The notes under the pieces are model-generated. The model searched no databases. It was not told the origin of the DNA and saw nothing but the letters and a program-made list of their open reading frames with translations. This document shows, in pieces, positions 1-10,990 of a DNA stretch of 57,758 bases. The DNA is taken from contig JBAXAF010000005.1 in NCBI GenBank assembly GCA_037142675.1, positions 1 through 57,758 of the forward strand. Reading direction: 5' to 3'. This DNA is from Candidatus Berkelbacteria bacterium (lineage in GTDB: Bacteria; Patescibacteriota; UBA1384; XYA2-FULL-43-10; CAINNR01). The position numbers and the translations under genes were made by a program. Each line of letters starts with the position of its first letter. Position 1 is the first letter of the stretch.

Positions 1-58
1 TCATAATACCTTCCAATACTTAAAAGTGTTGCAAAGGTATTGAAACATAACATTTATA

Positions 59-87
59 TTGACAAAAACAAGCATTTACATTATGCT
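59..87 (+). promoter_or_regulatory. sigma70-type promoter of GC-rich cassette 1
   Basis: TTGACA 59-64, 17-nt spacer, TATGCT 82-87, in an AT-rich leader directly upstream of a GC-rich ORF. Confidence 0.45.
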
Positions 88-122
88 TCAGCAAGCATCC
101 CACGAAAGGGGCTACATCAACC

Positions 123-737
123 ATGGATTGGCTACTGTGGAGCGGTTCACCCGTTCCGGCAAAGCAGATATATCTGCTGCGGAAGTTCGAGACTAACGAG
201 ATGGAGGAAGGAAGCCGAGCTTTTGCTCGCGTCTATGAGTACACTGCCGGTCCTGGTCTCGATCTGGCGAAAACGAACGGTGTCATCAGCTTCGTCCACA
301 CCGAGAGCGGAGGCTTCTTCGCTGAGGAGGCCACCAGCGATGACTACGACTTTGTCAACGCGCACGAAAACGAGGGCTGGAAGTTCCTGGCCTTCGACCT
401 GACAGACCCGGCATGGATCGAGAAGATCACCAGCACCTTCGAGGCCATGAAAAGCCGCGGCGGCAAGTGGCAGTATGAACTGTACGAACGGATGACACAG
501 GTCGCCGTCGTCCGTTCGCCCAACCCCGACTACGTGCCGCACGTAGAAGTATCAGTCACTTCCCATGCAGTAGACGCCGACGATTGGAACATCTGTCCGC
601 GGACCGGTCAGCCGCACCGCTTCATCAAACCTACACCCCAAATACCGATCATCGGCCTGCCGTACGGAATCAACGCCAGCTGCATCTGCTCCACCTGTCA
701 TGGCATCTTTTACACCAGCAAACTGTCCGGCAAGTAG
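123..737 (+). CDS. hypothetical protein, GC-rich cassette 1 (204 aa)
   Basis: Open frame with GC3-rich codons, opposite to all neighbours. AAAGGGG lies 11 nt before ATG 123, and ATG 201 is an alternative start. C-terminal Cys/His cluster CICSTCH. No family recognised. Confidence 0.55.
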   Translation: MDWLLWSGSPVPAKQIYLLRKFETNEMEEGSRAFARVYEYTAGPGLDLAKTNGVISFVHTESGGFFAEEATSDDYDFVNAHENEGWKFLAFDLTDPAWIEKITSTFEAMKSRGGKWQYELYERMTQVAVVRSPNPDYVPHVEVSVTSHAVDADDWNICPRTGQPHRFIKPTPQIPIIGLPYGINASCICSTCHGIFYTSKLSGK

Positions 738-762
738 CCGACAGCAAGACACATCAACGCTC

Positions 763-794
763 GCGCCCCGATCTGGGGCCGGGCAATTTTTTTT
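763..794 (+). terminator. intrinsic terminator of cassette 1
   Basis: GCCCC-GATCT-GGGGC hairpin (765-779), then CGGGCAA and a T8 run (787-794). It ends 4 nt before the ligA stop codon. Confidence 0.5.
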
Positions 795-798
795 AGAA

Positions 799-3890
<3,092 letters not shown>

Positions 3891-3929
3891 AGAGTCATTA
3901 TATCAATCTATGACAAAAAGAAAACGAGA

Positions 3930-5741
3930 TTATTTCTTAGATCTATTTCTCTGGGTTGCGTCTAAAATCTTTTTTCGCAAACGGAGTGCCGTCGGCGTTA
4001 CTTCCAAGAGTTCGTCATCTTCCAAAAAGTCGATGCATTGCTCGAGTGATAATATTGTCGGCGGCGTTAAAACAGTAATCATATCTGAACTTGCTGCCCG
4101 GACATTTGTCAGCTGCTTTTCTTTGGTGACATTAATTTCCATGTCGCGCTCTGTTGGGGTCATCCCAACAATCATACCGGTATAAACTTCGGTTTGTGGC
4201 GGAATAAATGTAATGCCTCGTTGCTGAGCAATATTTAGTCCGTAAGCCACAGTTTTTCCCGGACCAAAAGCGATTAAAACCCCGGTTCGGCTTTTCGGCA
4301 AAGCTGAGCCAACTTTTTCGTAGCGCAAAAACAGTGAGTTAATAACCGCCGTACCCTTGGTTGCAGTCATTAAAACATTTCGCAAACCCAAGGTCCCGCG
4401 GGTTGGAATTTCAAAAACCAATCTGGTGGTACCATCAGGATTTTCATTTTGGTGGGTAAGCATTCCCCGGCGTCGAGAAATCTCGCCGATTGTTGCTTGA
4501 GCAAAATCGCTCTTAACATCAATAGTTAATTCTTCAACCGGTTCTGAAAGAATGCCATTAACTTCTTTGGTAATAACTTCCGGTTTTCCAACCTGAAGTT
4601 CGTAGTCTTCACGTCGCAAGTTTTCAATAAATACTGACAAGTGGAGTTCGCCGCGACCGGATAAAATGTAATTTCCGTCTTGTGAATCGTCAAGTCGCAT
4701 CGAAACATTGGTCTCTAGCTCTTTCTTGATACGGTCGAGTAGTTGCCTGGCGGTAACAAATTTCCCTTCGCGGCCAGCGAACGGTGAGGTGTTGGCATAA
4801 ATGGAAATCCTCATTGTTGGCTCTTCAATTGCTGGGGCCGAGAGCGCTTCCGGGCAGAGTGGATCGGCAACGGTGTAGCCTATTGTGGCATTTTTAATGC
4901 CGGCGATTGAAACAATATCGCCTGATTCAGCCTGCGTTACTTCAACTTTTTTCATTCCAGAATTTAAGTAAATTTTTTCGATTTTTCCGTTCCCAACAAC
5001 TCCGTTAGCATCTAGCAAAATTACCGGTATTCCAGCTTTTGCAATACCATTTTTAATTTTACCAACGGCGTATTTACCCATAAAACTATCGTAATCGAGA
5101 GCGGAAACCAACATTTGGAATGGTTGATCGTCATTTTTCTCCGGAGCCGGAATATATTCAATAATCGCATCCAAGATCGGAGCTAGATCAGCTTCTTCGT
5201 TAAAGTCTGATGGCATGTCTTTCCAGGCTTTTCCATCACGTCCCAACGCGTAGTAAATTGGGAACTCCAATTGCTCGTCGGTTTGTGCCATATCTAGGAA
5301 TAGATCGTATGTGTTATTGATAGTTTTTTGTAAATCAGCGTTTTGTTTATCAATTTTATTGATCACGACGATAATTTTCAGTCCGAGCTCAAAAGCTTTT
5401 TTTAGAACAAATTTAGTTTGCGGCATTGGCCCTTCTTGAGCGTCAATAACTAAAATAGCGCCCTCAGCCATATTTAGAGTTCGCTCAACTTCACCACCAA
5501 AATCCGCATGCCCCGGAGTATCAATAATATTAATTTTGACGCCCTTGTAATTGATCGCGGTGTTTTTTGCCAAAATGGTAATTCCGCGCTCACGTTCCTG
5601 ATCATTTGAATCCAAAATTAGATCTTGATCCATGTAAGCTTCATTATCGCGAAAAGTTTTAGATTGCTTTAAAAAGCCATCAACAAGGGTGGTTTTACCG
5701 TGATCGACGTGAGCGATAATTGCAACGTTACGCAGTTCCAT
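3930..5741 (-). CDS. typA: translational GTPase TypA/BipA
   Basis: G1 AHVDHGKTT, G3 DTPGHADF, G4 NKID. EF-G-like domains, 603 aa. Confidence 0.95.
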   Translation of the reverse strand: MELRNVAIIAHVDHGKTTLVDGFLKQSKTFRDNEAYMDQDLILDSNDQERERGITILAKNTAINYKGVKINIIDTPGHADFGGEVERTLNMAEGAILVIDAQEGPMPQTKFVLKKAFELGLKIIVVINKIDKQNADLQKTINNTYDLFLDMAQTDEQLEFPIYYALGRDGKAWKDMPSDFNEEADLAPILDAIIEYIPAPEKNDDQPFQMLVSALDYDSFMGKYAVGKIKNGIAKAGIPVILLDANGVVGNGKIEKIYLNSGMKKVEVTQAESGDIVSIAGIKNATIGYTVADPLCPEALSAPAIEEPTMRISIYANTSPFAGREGKFVTARQLLDRIKKELETNVSMRLDDSQDGNYILSGRGELHLSVFIENLRREDYELQVGKPEVITKEVNGILSEPVEELTIDVKSDFAQATIGEISRRRGMLTHQNENPDGTTRLVFEIPTRGTLGLRNVLMTATKGTAVINSLFLRYEKVGSALPKSRTGVLIAFGPGKTVAYGLNIAQQRGITFIPPQTEVYTGMIVGMTPTERDMEINVTKEKQLTNVRAASSDMITVLTPPTILSLEQCIDFLEDDELLEVTPTALRLRKKILDATQRNRSKK

Positions 5742-5846
5742 AATGTTTTCCCAACAAAAAAATTGAATAATTTTGTGAATTATTGATTAATAGATCGCCG
5801 ACACAGAGGCTTAAAGACTTCTACCAAACAATATTTGTATACTATA

Positions 5847-5875
5847 ATAGTACGCTATTTTTCTCAGTTTGTCAA
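5847..5875 (-). promoter_or_regulatory. candidate promoter upstream of typA
   Basis: Minus strand TTGACA (5875-5870), 17-nt spacer, TACTAT (5852-5847), about 100 nt upstream of the typA ATG. Confidence 0.4.
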
Positions 5876-5889
5876 CCACAAGCGATATT

Positions 5890-6111
5890 TTAGGCTTTTT
5901 TCTTATTACCCCAAATGTAGATATAGAGAATTTCCAAAATTCCTAACGTATTCACAATCATGAGGATTATAAACCAGGCAAGATCTTTGTTCCTGGCCGC
6001 TTTCCAAAGGGCAACGCCTTTCCAGGGAATCTCCCATAGCGCCAAGATTCCAATCACAACTGGTAACCATGTACTAATGGTTGTTATTTGATGCCCATCT
6101 GATGAAAACAT
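5890..6111 (-). CDS. small two-TM membrane protein (73 aa)
   Basis: Two hydrophobic helices flank WKGVALWKAARNKD. It lies 47 nt downstream of the heliorhodopsin gene. Confidence 0.55.
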   Translation of the reverse strand: MFSSDGHQITTISTWLPVVIGILALWEIPWKGVALWKAARNKDLAWFIILMIVNTLGILEILYIYIWGNKKKA

Positions 6112-6158
6112 TTATTCTCCTTGGCTATTCGCTATTAGTTATGCGTTATTAGTTAATA

Positions 6159-6929
6159 TCACATCGGCCGTAATGTGCCGGCAAAAACCTGCCAAGCCAA
6201 AAGCGATTTAGCAACTAGTGACAAAATAATGTAAGCACGTTCTCCGTAAAGATAATCCTTCCATGGACCGACTTTTTTGTATTGCAAAACTTGGTTAATG
6301 GCAAAACAGTTGAAGAAAAGAAATATTGAAAAATATATCCAGTATACAAAAGTTGGCGCATGATTATTAGCATCACCTGAGCCAAACAAGTATAGACCGA
6401 TAACAACCCAAGGAGCAATACCAGCAATACAACCGAAGATGAATGAAGTCCAGTCGGTTTTGGTCGTGCTTTGATTGTGGAGTTCCATCATCCAGCCAAA
6501 AAGAATCATCATTGCGTTCAAGACGAAGATTGGAATTAAAGAAGCAATGTCATAGACTCCAACCAGCATGGCAATTGCAATCATCATGATCGAAGAAGAA
6601 AAGGAGTATTCAATCCAACGGCCATAGTTGGCTCCCTTGGCCAAATTTCGATTGTACCAATCATTAGCAACCGTACCGATAACAAGATGAGCCAAAGCTG
6701 AAAGAAAAAGAAATATGGCAATCATTGGGCCAATCTTAAGTGAAAACAAAGTTGACTGAACGGGCTGTAGCGTTCTTGTAACAACATCAAACTTCAAATA
6801 GTGGCTCATCACCGGCAAACTGAAACCACTAGATAGCCAAAGCATGGCAACGCCCTGACCAAAATGAAGTAGTGCCATCCACAAATTAAAATTCTTGAGA
6901 CCCTTTAACTTTTCTTCCTGACTTTTCAT
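6159..6929 (-). CDS. heliorhodopsin (7-TM retinal protein, 256 aa)
   Basis: Motifs typical of heliorhodopsins as I recall them: LKNFN, RWIEYSFSSS (Glu107), ILFGW, FGCIAGIAPW, FLFFN, LQYK and GERAYIILSLVAKS (Lys241, codon 6207-6209), plus His22 and His81. Strong GGGAGG SD. Confidence 0.85.
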   Translation of the reverse strand: MKSQEEKLKGLKNFNLWMALLHFGQGVAMLWLSSGFSLPVMSHYLKFDVVTRTLQPVQSTLFSLKIGPMIAIFLFLSALAHLVIGTVANDWYNRNLAKGANYGRWIEYSFSSSIMMIAIAMLVGVYDIASLIPIFVLNAMMILFGWMMELHNQSTTKTDWTSFIFGCIAGIAPWVVIGLYLFGSGDANNHAPTFVYWIYFSIFLFFNCFAINQVLQYKKVGPWKDYLYGERAYIILSLVAKSLLAWQVFAGTLRPM

Positions 6930-6955
6930 TTTTCCTCCCTAAATAATATTTCTAT

Positions 6956-7312
6956 TTAATTTTTCCACAAACCGTGAATATTGCAATAAGCACGGGCGAC
7001 CTTAATATCGCTATTGCAGAATTCTGCTTCTGGTTTCCCGCCAACTTGCAAATTCTTGCGACAAACATCAGCACCTTCCAAAACTTCAATCCACTCTATG
7101 TGATGCTCTGCTTCCATTGGGTGTGGAACTGAGCCAACTAACACTCGCTGATCTTCAACCACTGGTTTGTGTTTTTCCATTCCCTCTTCGCCAGATTTTT
7201 CAACTAATTTTTCCATTGGCTTTCCACAACAAACTAATTCACCATCACTGGCATGAACCAGCTCAACAATGTTGCCACAAACATTACACTTGTAAATTCC
7301 ATTTAATTTCAT
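6956..7312 (-). CDS. dfx: desulfoferrodoxin-type superoxide reductase
   Basis: N-terminal desulforedoxin site CNVCGN..CCGKPM. Centre II ligands EKHKP, HPME..H and CNIHGLW. AAAGGAG SD before ATG 7312 (the ORF track starts 6 codons earlier). Confidence 0.85.
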   Translation of the reverse strand: MKLNGIYKCNVCGNIVELVHASDGELVCCGKPMEKLVEKSGEEGMEKHKPVVEDQRVLVGSVPHPMEAEHHIEWIEVLEGADVCRKNLQVGGKPEAEFCNSDIKVARAYCNIHGLWKN

Positions 7313-7336
7313 GCTTCTCCTTTTGAACATATTATA

Positions 7337-7894
7337 TCAAAATAATTTTCGATAAACATGACAGTATGGGTTACCGCCAGTTTTTTGATAATATTTTTGA
7401 TGATAATCATCGGCCGGCCAAAAATCAGTTGCTTTTTCTACCAGCGTTGCAATTTTCATGCCTTTTTCTTCTAAAATTTTAATCAGTGAAAGTGCGATCT
7501 TTTTTTGTTCATTATTCAAATAAAAAATTCCCGACCGATATTGCGAACCAATATCCGGCCCTTGTCCGCCAACCTGTGTTGGATCATGGGTTTCAAAAAA
7601 AACTTTCGCTAATTGTTCGTATGATACTTTTTCCGGGTCGAAAATCACTTCAATTGATTCGGCATGCCCGGTTTTTCCGCTTGATACCTGCTCGTAGCTC
7701 GGATTTTCAACTTTTCCTCCACAATATCCGACTGTGGTTTTTTCCACGCCACTAACCTGGTCGAAGTAATGTTGCGTACCCCAAAAACAACCGGAAGCAA
7801 AAATCGCTCGCTGGGTTTCATTGTTTTTTTTGTCTTCAACCATAATCTGATTATACTTGACTTGACTATTTTTTGCATCGTCAAATTTAAACAT
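7337..7894 (-). CDS. msrA: peptide methionine-S-sulfoxide reductase MsrA
   Basis: GCFWG active site and GGxGPDxGxQYRS. The start is uncertain: ATG 7894 abuts a terminator and has no SD, and an in-frame ATG at 7843 is an alternative. Confidence 0.85.
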   Translation of the reverse strand: MFKFDDAKNSQVKYNQIMVEDKKNNETQRAIFASGCFWGTQHYFDQVSGVEKTTVGYCGGKVENPSYEQVSSGKTGHAESIEVIFDPEKVSYEQLAKVFFETHDPTQVGGQGPDIGSQYRSGIFYLNNEQKKIALSLIKILEEKGMKIATLVEKATDFWPADDYHQKYYQKTGGNPYCHVYRKLF

Positions 7895-7921
7895 AAAAAA
7901 TGGGAGGCAAACGCACTCCCA
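7895..7921 (-). terminator. intrinsic terminator of GC-rich cassette 2
   Basis: Minus strand TGGGAG-N9-CTCCCA followed by T6. It ends immediately before the msrA ATG. Confidence 0.6.
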
Positions 7922-7927
7922 AACTGT

Positions 7928-8398
7928 TCAATGCTTGTAAAGTCCCTGGCATTGCGGATCATATGGCCCACCGTAGCCCTCAAACTCGAGGGAGGCGCCA
8001 CTCACCAGCGGCAACAGATCCTTCGACTGCCCGATGTAGAAGTCTATCGGGCCACGAGTCTCACCTGGCTTTAGCGCCGGGCGGTCCATGCTTATGCCGA
8101 AGATTGTGGTGGAATAGATGATTTTCTCCCCCTTGAAGAGGCGAAGATGCAAGTTGGCGTAGATGCAGGGTACCTTGCCAATGTTCTTCATGGAGACACG
8201 AAGACCCACATTGGGCCCGTAGTGCCGACGATCAGTAGTGAACAACTTGGCACCTAGGATCGCGATGTGCGGACGTTTGGGGCTGACGGCGGCCGTTTTG
8301 GTCTGGGTTTGAATCTGTACATACCCCAGTCGATCAGGGCCGGCCATGGCGGCCGAAACCAGCATCAGCAACGCCGCAATAATGGTTGATTGCTTCAC
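7928..8398 (-). CDS. hypothetical secreted protein, GC-rich cassette 2 (156 aa)
   Basis: GTG start 9 nt after GAGGAG. Signal-peptide-like N-terminus MKQSTIIAALLMLVSAAMA. GC3-rich codons. No family recognised. Confidence 0.6.
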   Translation of the reverse strand: MKQSTIIAALLMLVSAAMAGPDRLGYVQIQTQTKTAAVSPKRPHIAILGAKLFTTDRRHYGPNVGLRVSMKNIGKVPCIYANLHLRLFKGEKIIYSTTIFGISMDRPALKPGETRGPIDFYIGQSKDLLPLVSGASLEFEGYGGPYDPQCQGLYKH

Positions 8399-8410
8399 AG
8401 CTAATCACTC

Positions 8411-8464
8411 CTCGCAGAAACTGTACTCGAGCTTTACGAATAAGCTCGGGTAGATTCCTGCGAG
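8411..8464 (-). promoter_or_regulatory. bipartite 5'-leader hairpin overlapping the SD of cassette 2
   Basis: Outer stem CTCGCAG/CTGCGAG (8411-8417 with 8458-8464) and inner 9-bp stem (8426-8434 with 8442-8450). The outer arm shares 3 nt with the SD (8408-8413). Confidence 0.4.
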
Positions 8465-8512
8465 AATTTTGTTTATTTAACCATTTTTGCCTGACAAATA
8501 CAAGCTGAGAAC

Positions 8513-8884
8513 TTACTTTTTGGACTGATCGTCCGGCACAAATTTAATCGATAACGAATTTACGCAATGACGAAGATTTTTTTTCGTCAAACGCTCTCCT
8601 TCAAAAACATGGCCCAAGTGTGCCTGGCAGTTGGCGCAAACAATTTCTTTCCGTGATCCATCGGCATCCGGAATTCGCAAAACTGATCCCGGAATTTCGT
8701 CATCAAAACTCGGCCAACCACAACCGGATTTAAGCTTTACCTCCGAAGTATAGAGTGGATTTCCACAGCGCCTGCAAACATAAGTTCCTTGTTGAAAAAA
8801 CTCATTATACTTACCAGAAAACGGCGCCTCTGTGCCTTTGTTTTCGATAATATTTTTTTCTTCGGCTGTTAAATCATCTTTCAT
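8513..8884 (-). CDS. msrB: peptide methionine-R-sulfoxide reductase MsrB
   Basis: Two CxxC zinc pairs (CRRCGNPL, CANCQAHLGH), GCGWPSF and catalytic RHCVNS. Confidence 0.9.
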   Translation of the reverse strand: MKDDLTAEEKNIIENKGTEAPFSGKYNEFFQQGTYVCRRCGNPLYTSEVKLKSGCGWPSFDDEIPGSVLRIPDADGSRKEIVCANCQAHLGHVFEGERLTKKNLRHCVNSLSIKFVPDDQSKK

Positions 8885-8939
8885 ACTTTAATTGTAGCTA
8901 AATACTACACAATTGCAATGGACGAACAACAAATAAGTG

Positions 8940-8968
8940 TTGACTCAATATGTTTTATGTGGTATAGA
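8940..8968 (+). promoter_or_regulatory. sigma70-type promoter of GC-rich cassette 3
   Basis: TTGACT 8940-8945, 17-nt spacer, TGg-TATAGA extended -10 (8960-8968). Confidence 0.5.
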
Positions 8969-8997
8969 TTAGATGTCCCTGAAAGGAGGGATTGGTT

Positions 8998-9804
8998 ATG
9001 TCTGATAAGACAGACGCTGGAAGCAGCCAGCCCTCTTTGGCCATTTTGGTTAGGGTTGGCGGAGAACTTACCGGAACAGAAACTCCTCCGCAAGACGCGG
9101 GCTATGAGCTGATCATCATCGCAGGGGTCGAAGAGAACTGGCTTGTCCATCGTTCAGAAGCAGGCGCTCTCGAGTTCCTGACTAAGGCCCTGGGTGCCGA
9201 TCGCTTCAAGCTAAACCGCGGAGTCTACGAAATTACCGTGCCGTTCGGCATGAAGGGCGCCTGGGTAGGATCCGGCAGTAGAGTCGCCAACTTTCTGGCT
9301 AGTTGTCTAGGAGCCATGCTAGTGATCGGCGAGGATCGCGATTGGATTGTCAAGCGGTGTAGTCGAATCAAGGCTGAACGGCACGAGCAGTTGAGCCTAC
9401 GTAACAGACGGCAACTTGTCTATCACAGTATCATTTCACCCGAGAGCCTACCACACGAGCCTAACTCCCAAGAGATTCACGACACGCTAATCGAATTGAT
9501 GAACCGTGAAACTCCTGATAGAGTTAGGCAGTTTATGGAAGCCTGCGGCTGGTTCTTCTCTGCTGGCACTGTTAGTGGGCTCGGCGTGTTGATTGTCGTC
9601 GAACAGGGCTTGTTCAAGCAATACCAAACCTGCTGCTTTAACCCGGCTCTGCCACCAAGCAAACACGAAGACAGGACGCCGGCAGCGATCACCAAGGCCG
9701 CAAATATCATTGCCCAGACAATGGGCACAGATGAACTGGAGACTCGATGGACCGAGCGACTCGAACAGTTGAAGTGGAGAAAACCCAAAGCGCCGCCCAG
9801 ATAG
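8998..9804 (+). CDS. hypothetical protein, GC-rich cassette 3 (268 aa)
   Basis: AGGAGG 8984-8989 lies 8 nt before ATG 8998 (the ORF track starts at TTG 8992). GC3-rich codons. No family recognised. Confidence 0.6.
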   Translation: MSDKTDAGSSQPSLAILVRVGGELTGTETPPQDAGYELIIIAGVEENWLVHRSEAGALEFLTKALGADRFKLNRGVYEITVPFGMKGAWVGSGSRVANFLASCLGAMLVIGEDRDWIVKRCSRIKAERHEQLSLRNRRQLVYHSIISPESLPHEPNSQEIHDTLIELMNRETPDRVRQFMEACGWFFSAGTVSGLGVLIVVEQGLFKQYQTCCFNPALPPSKHEDRTPAAITKAANIIAQTMGTDELETRWTERLEQLKWRKPKAPPR

Positions 9805-9826
9805 TTGGGGCGGCGCTATTTTATTT
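9790..9826 (+). terminator. intrinsic terminator of cassette 3
   Basis: GCGCCGCCC (9790-9798) pairs with GGGCGGCGC (9808-9816), with the TAG stop in the loop, followed by a T-rich tail. Confidence 0.6.
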
Positions 9827-9839
9827 GGCTCTAAAAAAC

Positions 9840-10247
9840 TTATTTAGTTATAAAATCTTTCAGTGCGATTGTATCTCCGCCAGTGCCATAATCAATATCA
9901 TCAGTTTTTCCGGCACCGATTGCTCCTATTTCCGAATCATCCTTACCCTTAACTTTAATTAACGCCCAACCGACAACCAAATCAACCTGCTTTTTTATTT
10001 CTACATCAGACAGCGGTTTGCCGGACTCTTTTGCCTTTTCAATTTGGTTAATGGCCGAATTTATTGCAAAATTTAGCATTGTATCGTCAGTATTACCGGA
10101 GCCAATTTTTTCCTTAATGCTCGAGTAGATTATATGGGCATCCAACTTGTCTTTGCTCAGTTCTGCTTGGATAAAAGAAGCCAAATCCCTTTTAAGCGAT
10201 TCAAGATCCGGGGCACTGCCAACATCTTGTCTTCCAAAATCCGTCAT
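9840..10247 (-). CDS. hypothetical protein (135 aa)
   Basis: AT-rich host-like codon usage, no visible SD, no motif recognised. Confidence 0.5.
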   Translation of the reverse strand: MTDFGRQDVGSAPDLESLKRDLASFIQAELSKDKLDAHIIYSSIKEKIGSGNTDDTMLNFAINSAINQIEKAKESGKPLSDVEIKKQVDLVVGWALIKVKGKDDSEIGAIGAGKTDDIDYGTGGDTIALKDFITK

Positions 10248-10277
10248 ATTTCAACTAGCTATAAAGTTTTTTGTTAT

Positions 10278-10844
10278 TTACTCTGACTTTGTTGTAACTG
10301 TAACAGAGAGGCCACTCGACGTTGGGTCGTAGGTTAACATTAAACTATTGGAGTCTTTCTCGTAAGTCAAAATGTCGGCACCGAAGGAAGTTGTGGCTGT
10401 GTTTGTCCAGCCAGCCGAGACGACTGATGCTTTATAGGTATCAAATTGGACCTGGCTAATGTCACTGGCTATAACAGACCAGCCACTACTGGATTTGTCA
10501 GATGTCGACATGGTCAAAGTGCCAACAGTTAATTTTGGCACAGATGTGGGCATATCTGCCGGCCACTTAACGTTACCACCCACTGAAGTTGTACCTGAGC
10601 CATTAGAGACTGAGGTCGTTCCGCTATCGGAATTAACTGAAACGTTGCTGCCGGTTACCGAGCTAAGTATGCCACTGGTGATTTTGTCAGCTGCCTTCCT
10701 TGCCACCCACCTGCTAATTAATGTACCACCGACTCCCAAAACCACTAGCGCCACCACAACAATAATAATCGTCGTTGCGTTGCTTTTTTTCGCTGGCGCA
10801 GCAGGCGCTGGTGCTGACGTTGCTACCTTTTCATCTTCTATCAT
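10278..10844 (-). CDS. membrane-anchored Ser/Thr-rich hypothetical protein (188 aa)
   Basis: GGAGGG SD, an N-terminal TM helix IIIVVVALVVLGVGG, then a low-complexity region and a small globular tail. Confidence 0.65.
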   Translation of the reverse strand: MIEDEKVATSAPAPAAPAKKSNATTIIIVVVALVVLGVGGTLISRWVARKAADKITSGILSSVTGSNVSVNSDSGTTSVSNGSGTTSVGGNVKWPADMPTSVPKLTVGTLTMSTSDKSSSGWSVIASDISQVQFDTYKASVVSAGWTNTATTSFGADILTYEKDSNSLMLTYDPTSSGLSVTVTTKSE

Positions 10845-10875
10845 AGCTCCCTCCTAAATTATTTTCTTTTTCTAA

Positions 10876-10990
10876 TTATAACAAGATTTAATAGCTATTT
10901 CCACACGGCGTTAAAACCAAGCGAAGCGAGGTTATAACAAGATCCAATATTTTTCTCTATATGATGTTAGGACCAAGCGAAGCGATGGTT
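10876..10990. repeat. intergenic repeat family 2 (TTATAACAAGAT... / ACCAAGCGAAGCGA units)
   Basis: TTATAACAAGAT occurs twice and ACCAAGCGAAGCGA twice here. A related TTATAACAAGATTT..AATAG unit recurs at 50067, and inverted near 50585. Confidence 0.55.

Noticed and set aside
8435-8449. 14-nt match ACGAATAAGCTCGG between the cassette 2 leader and 26282-26295, just left of cassette 4, as a possible island boundary signal.
   Set aside because: A rough expectation for 14-mer matches between any two places in a 58-kb window on both strands is of order ten. The two copies also have opposite orientation relative to their cassettes. The match is not significant.
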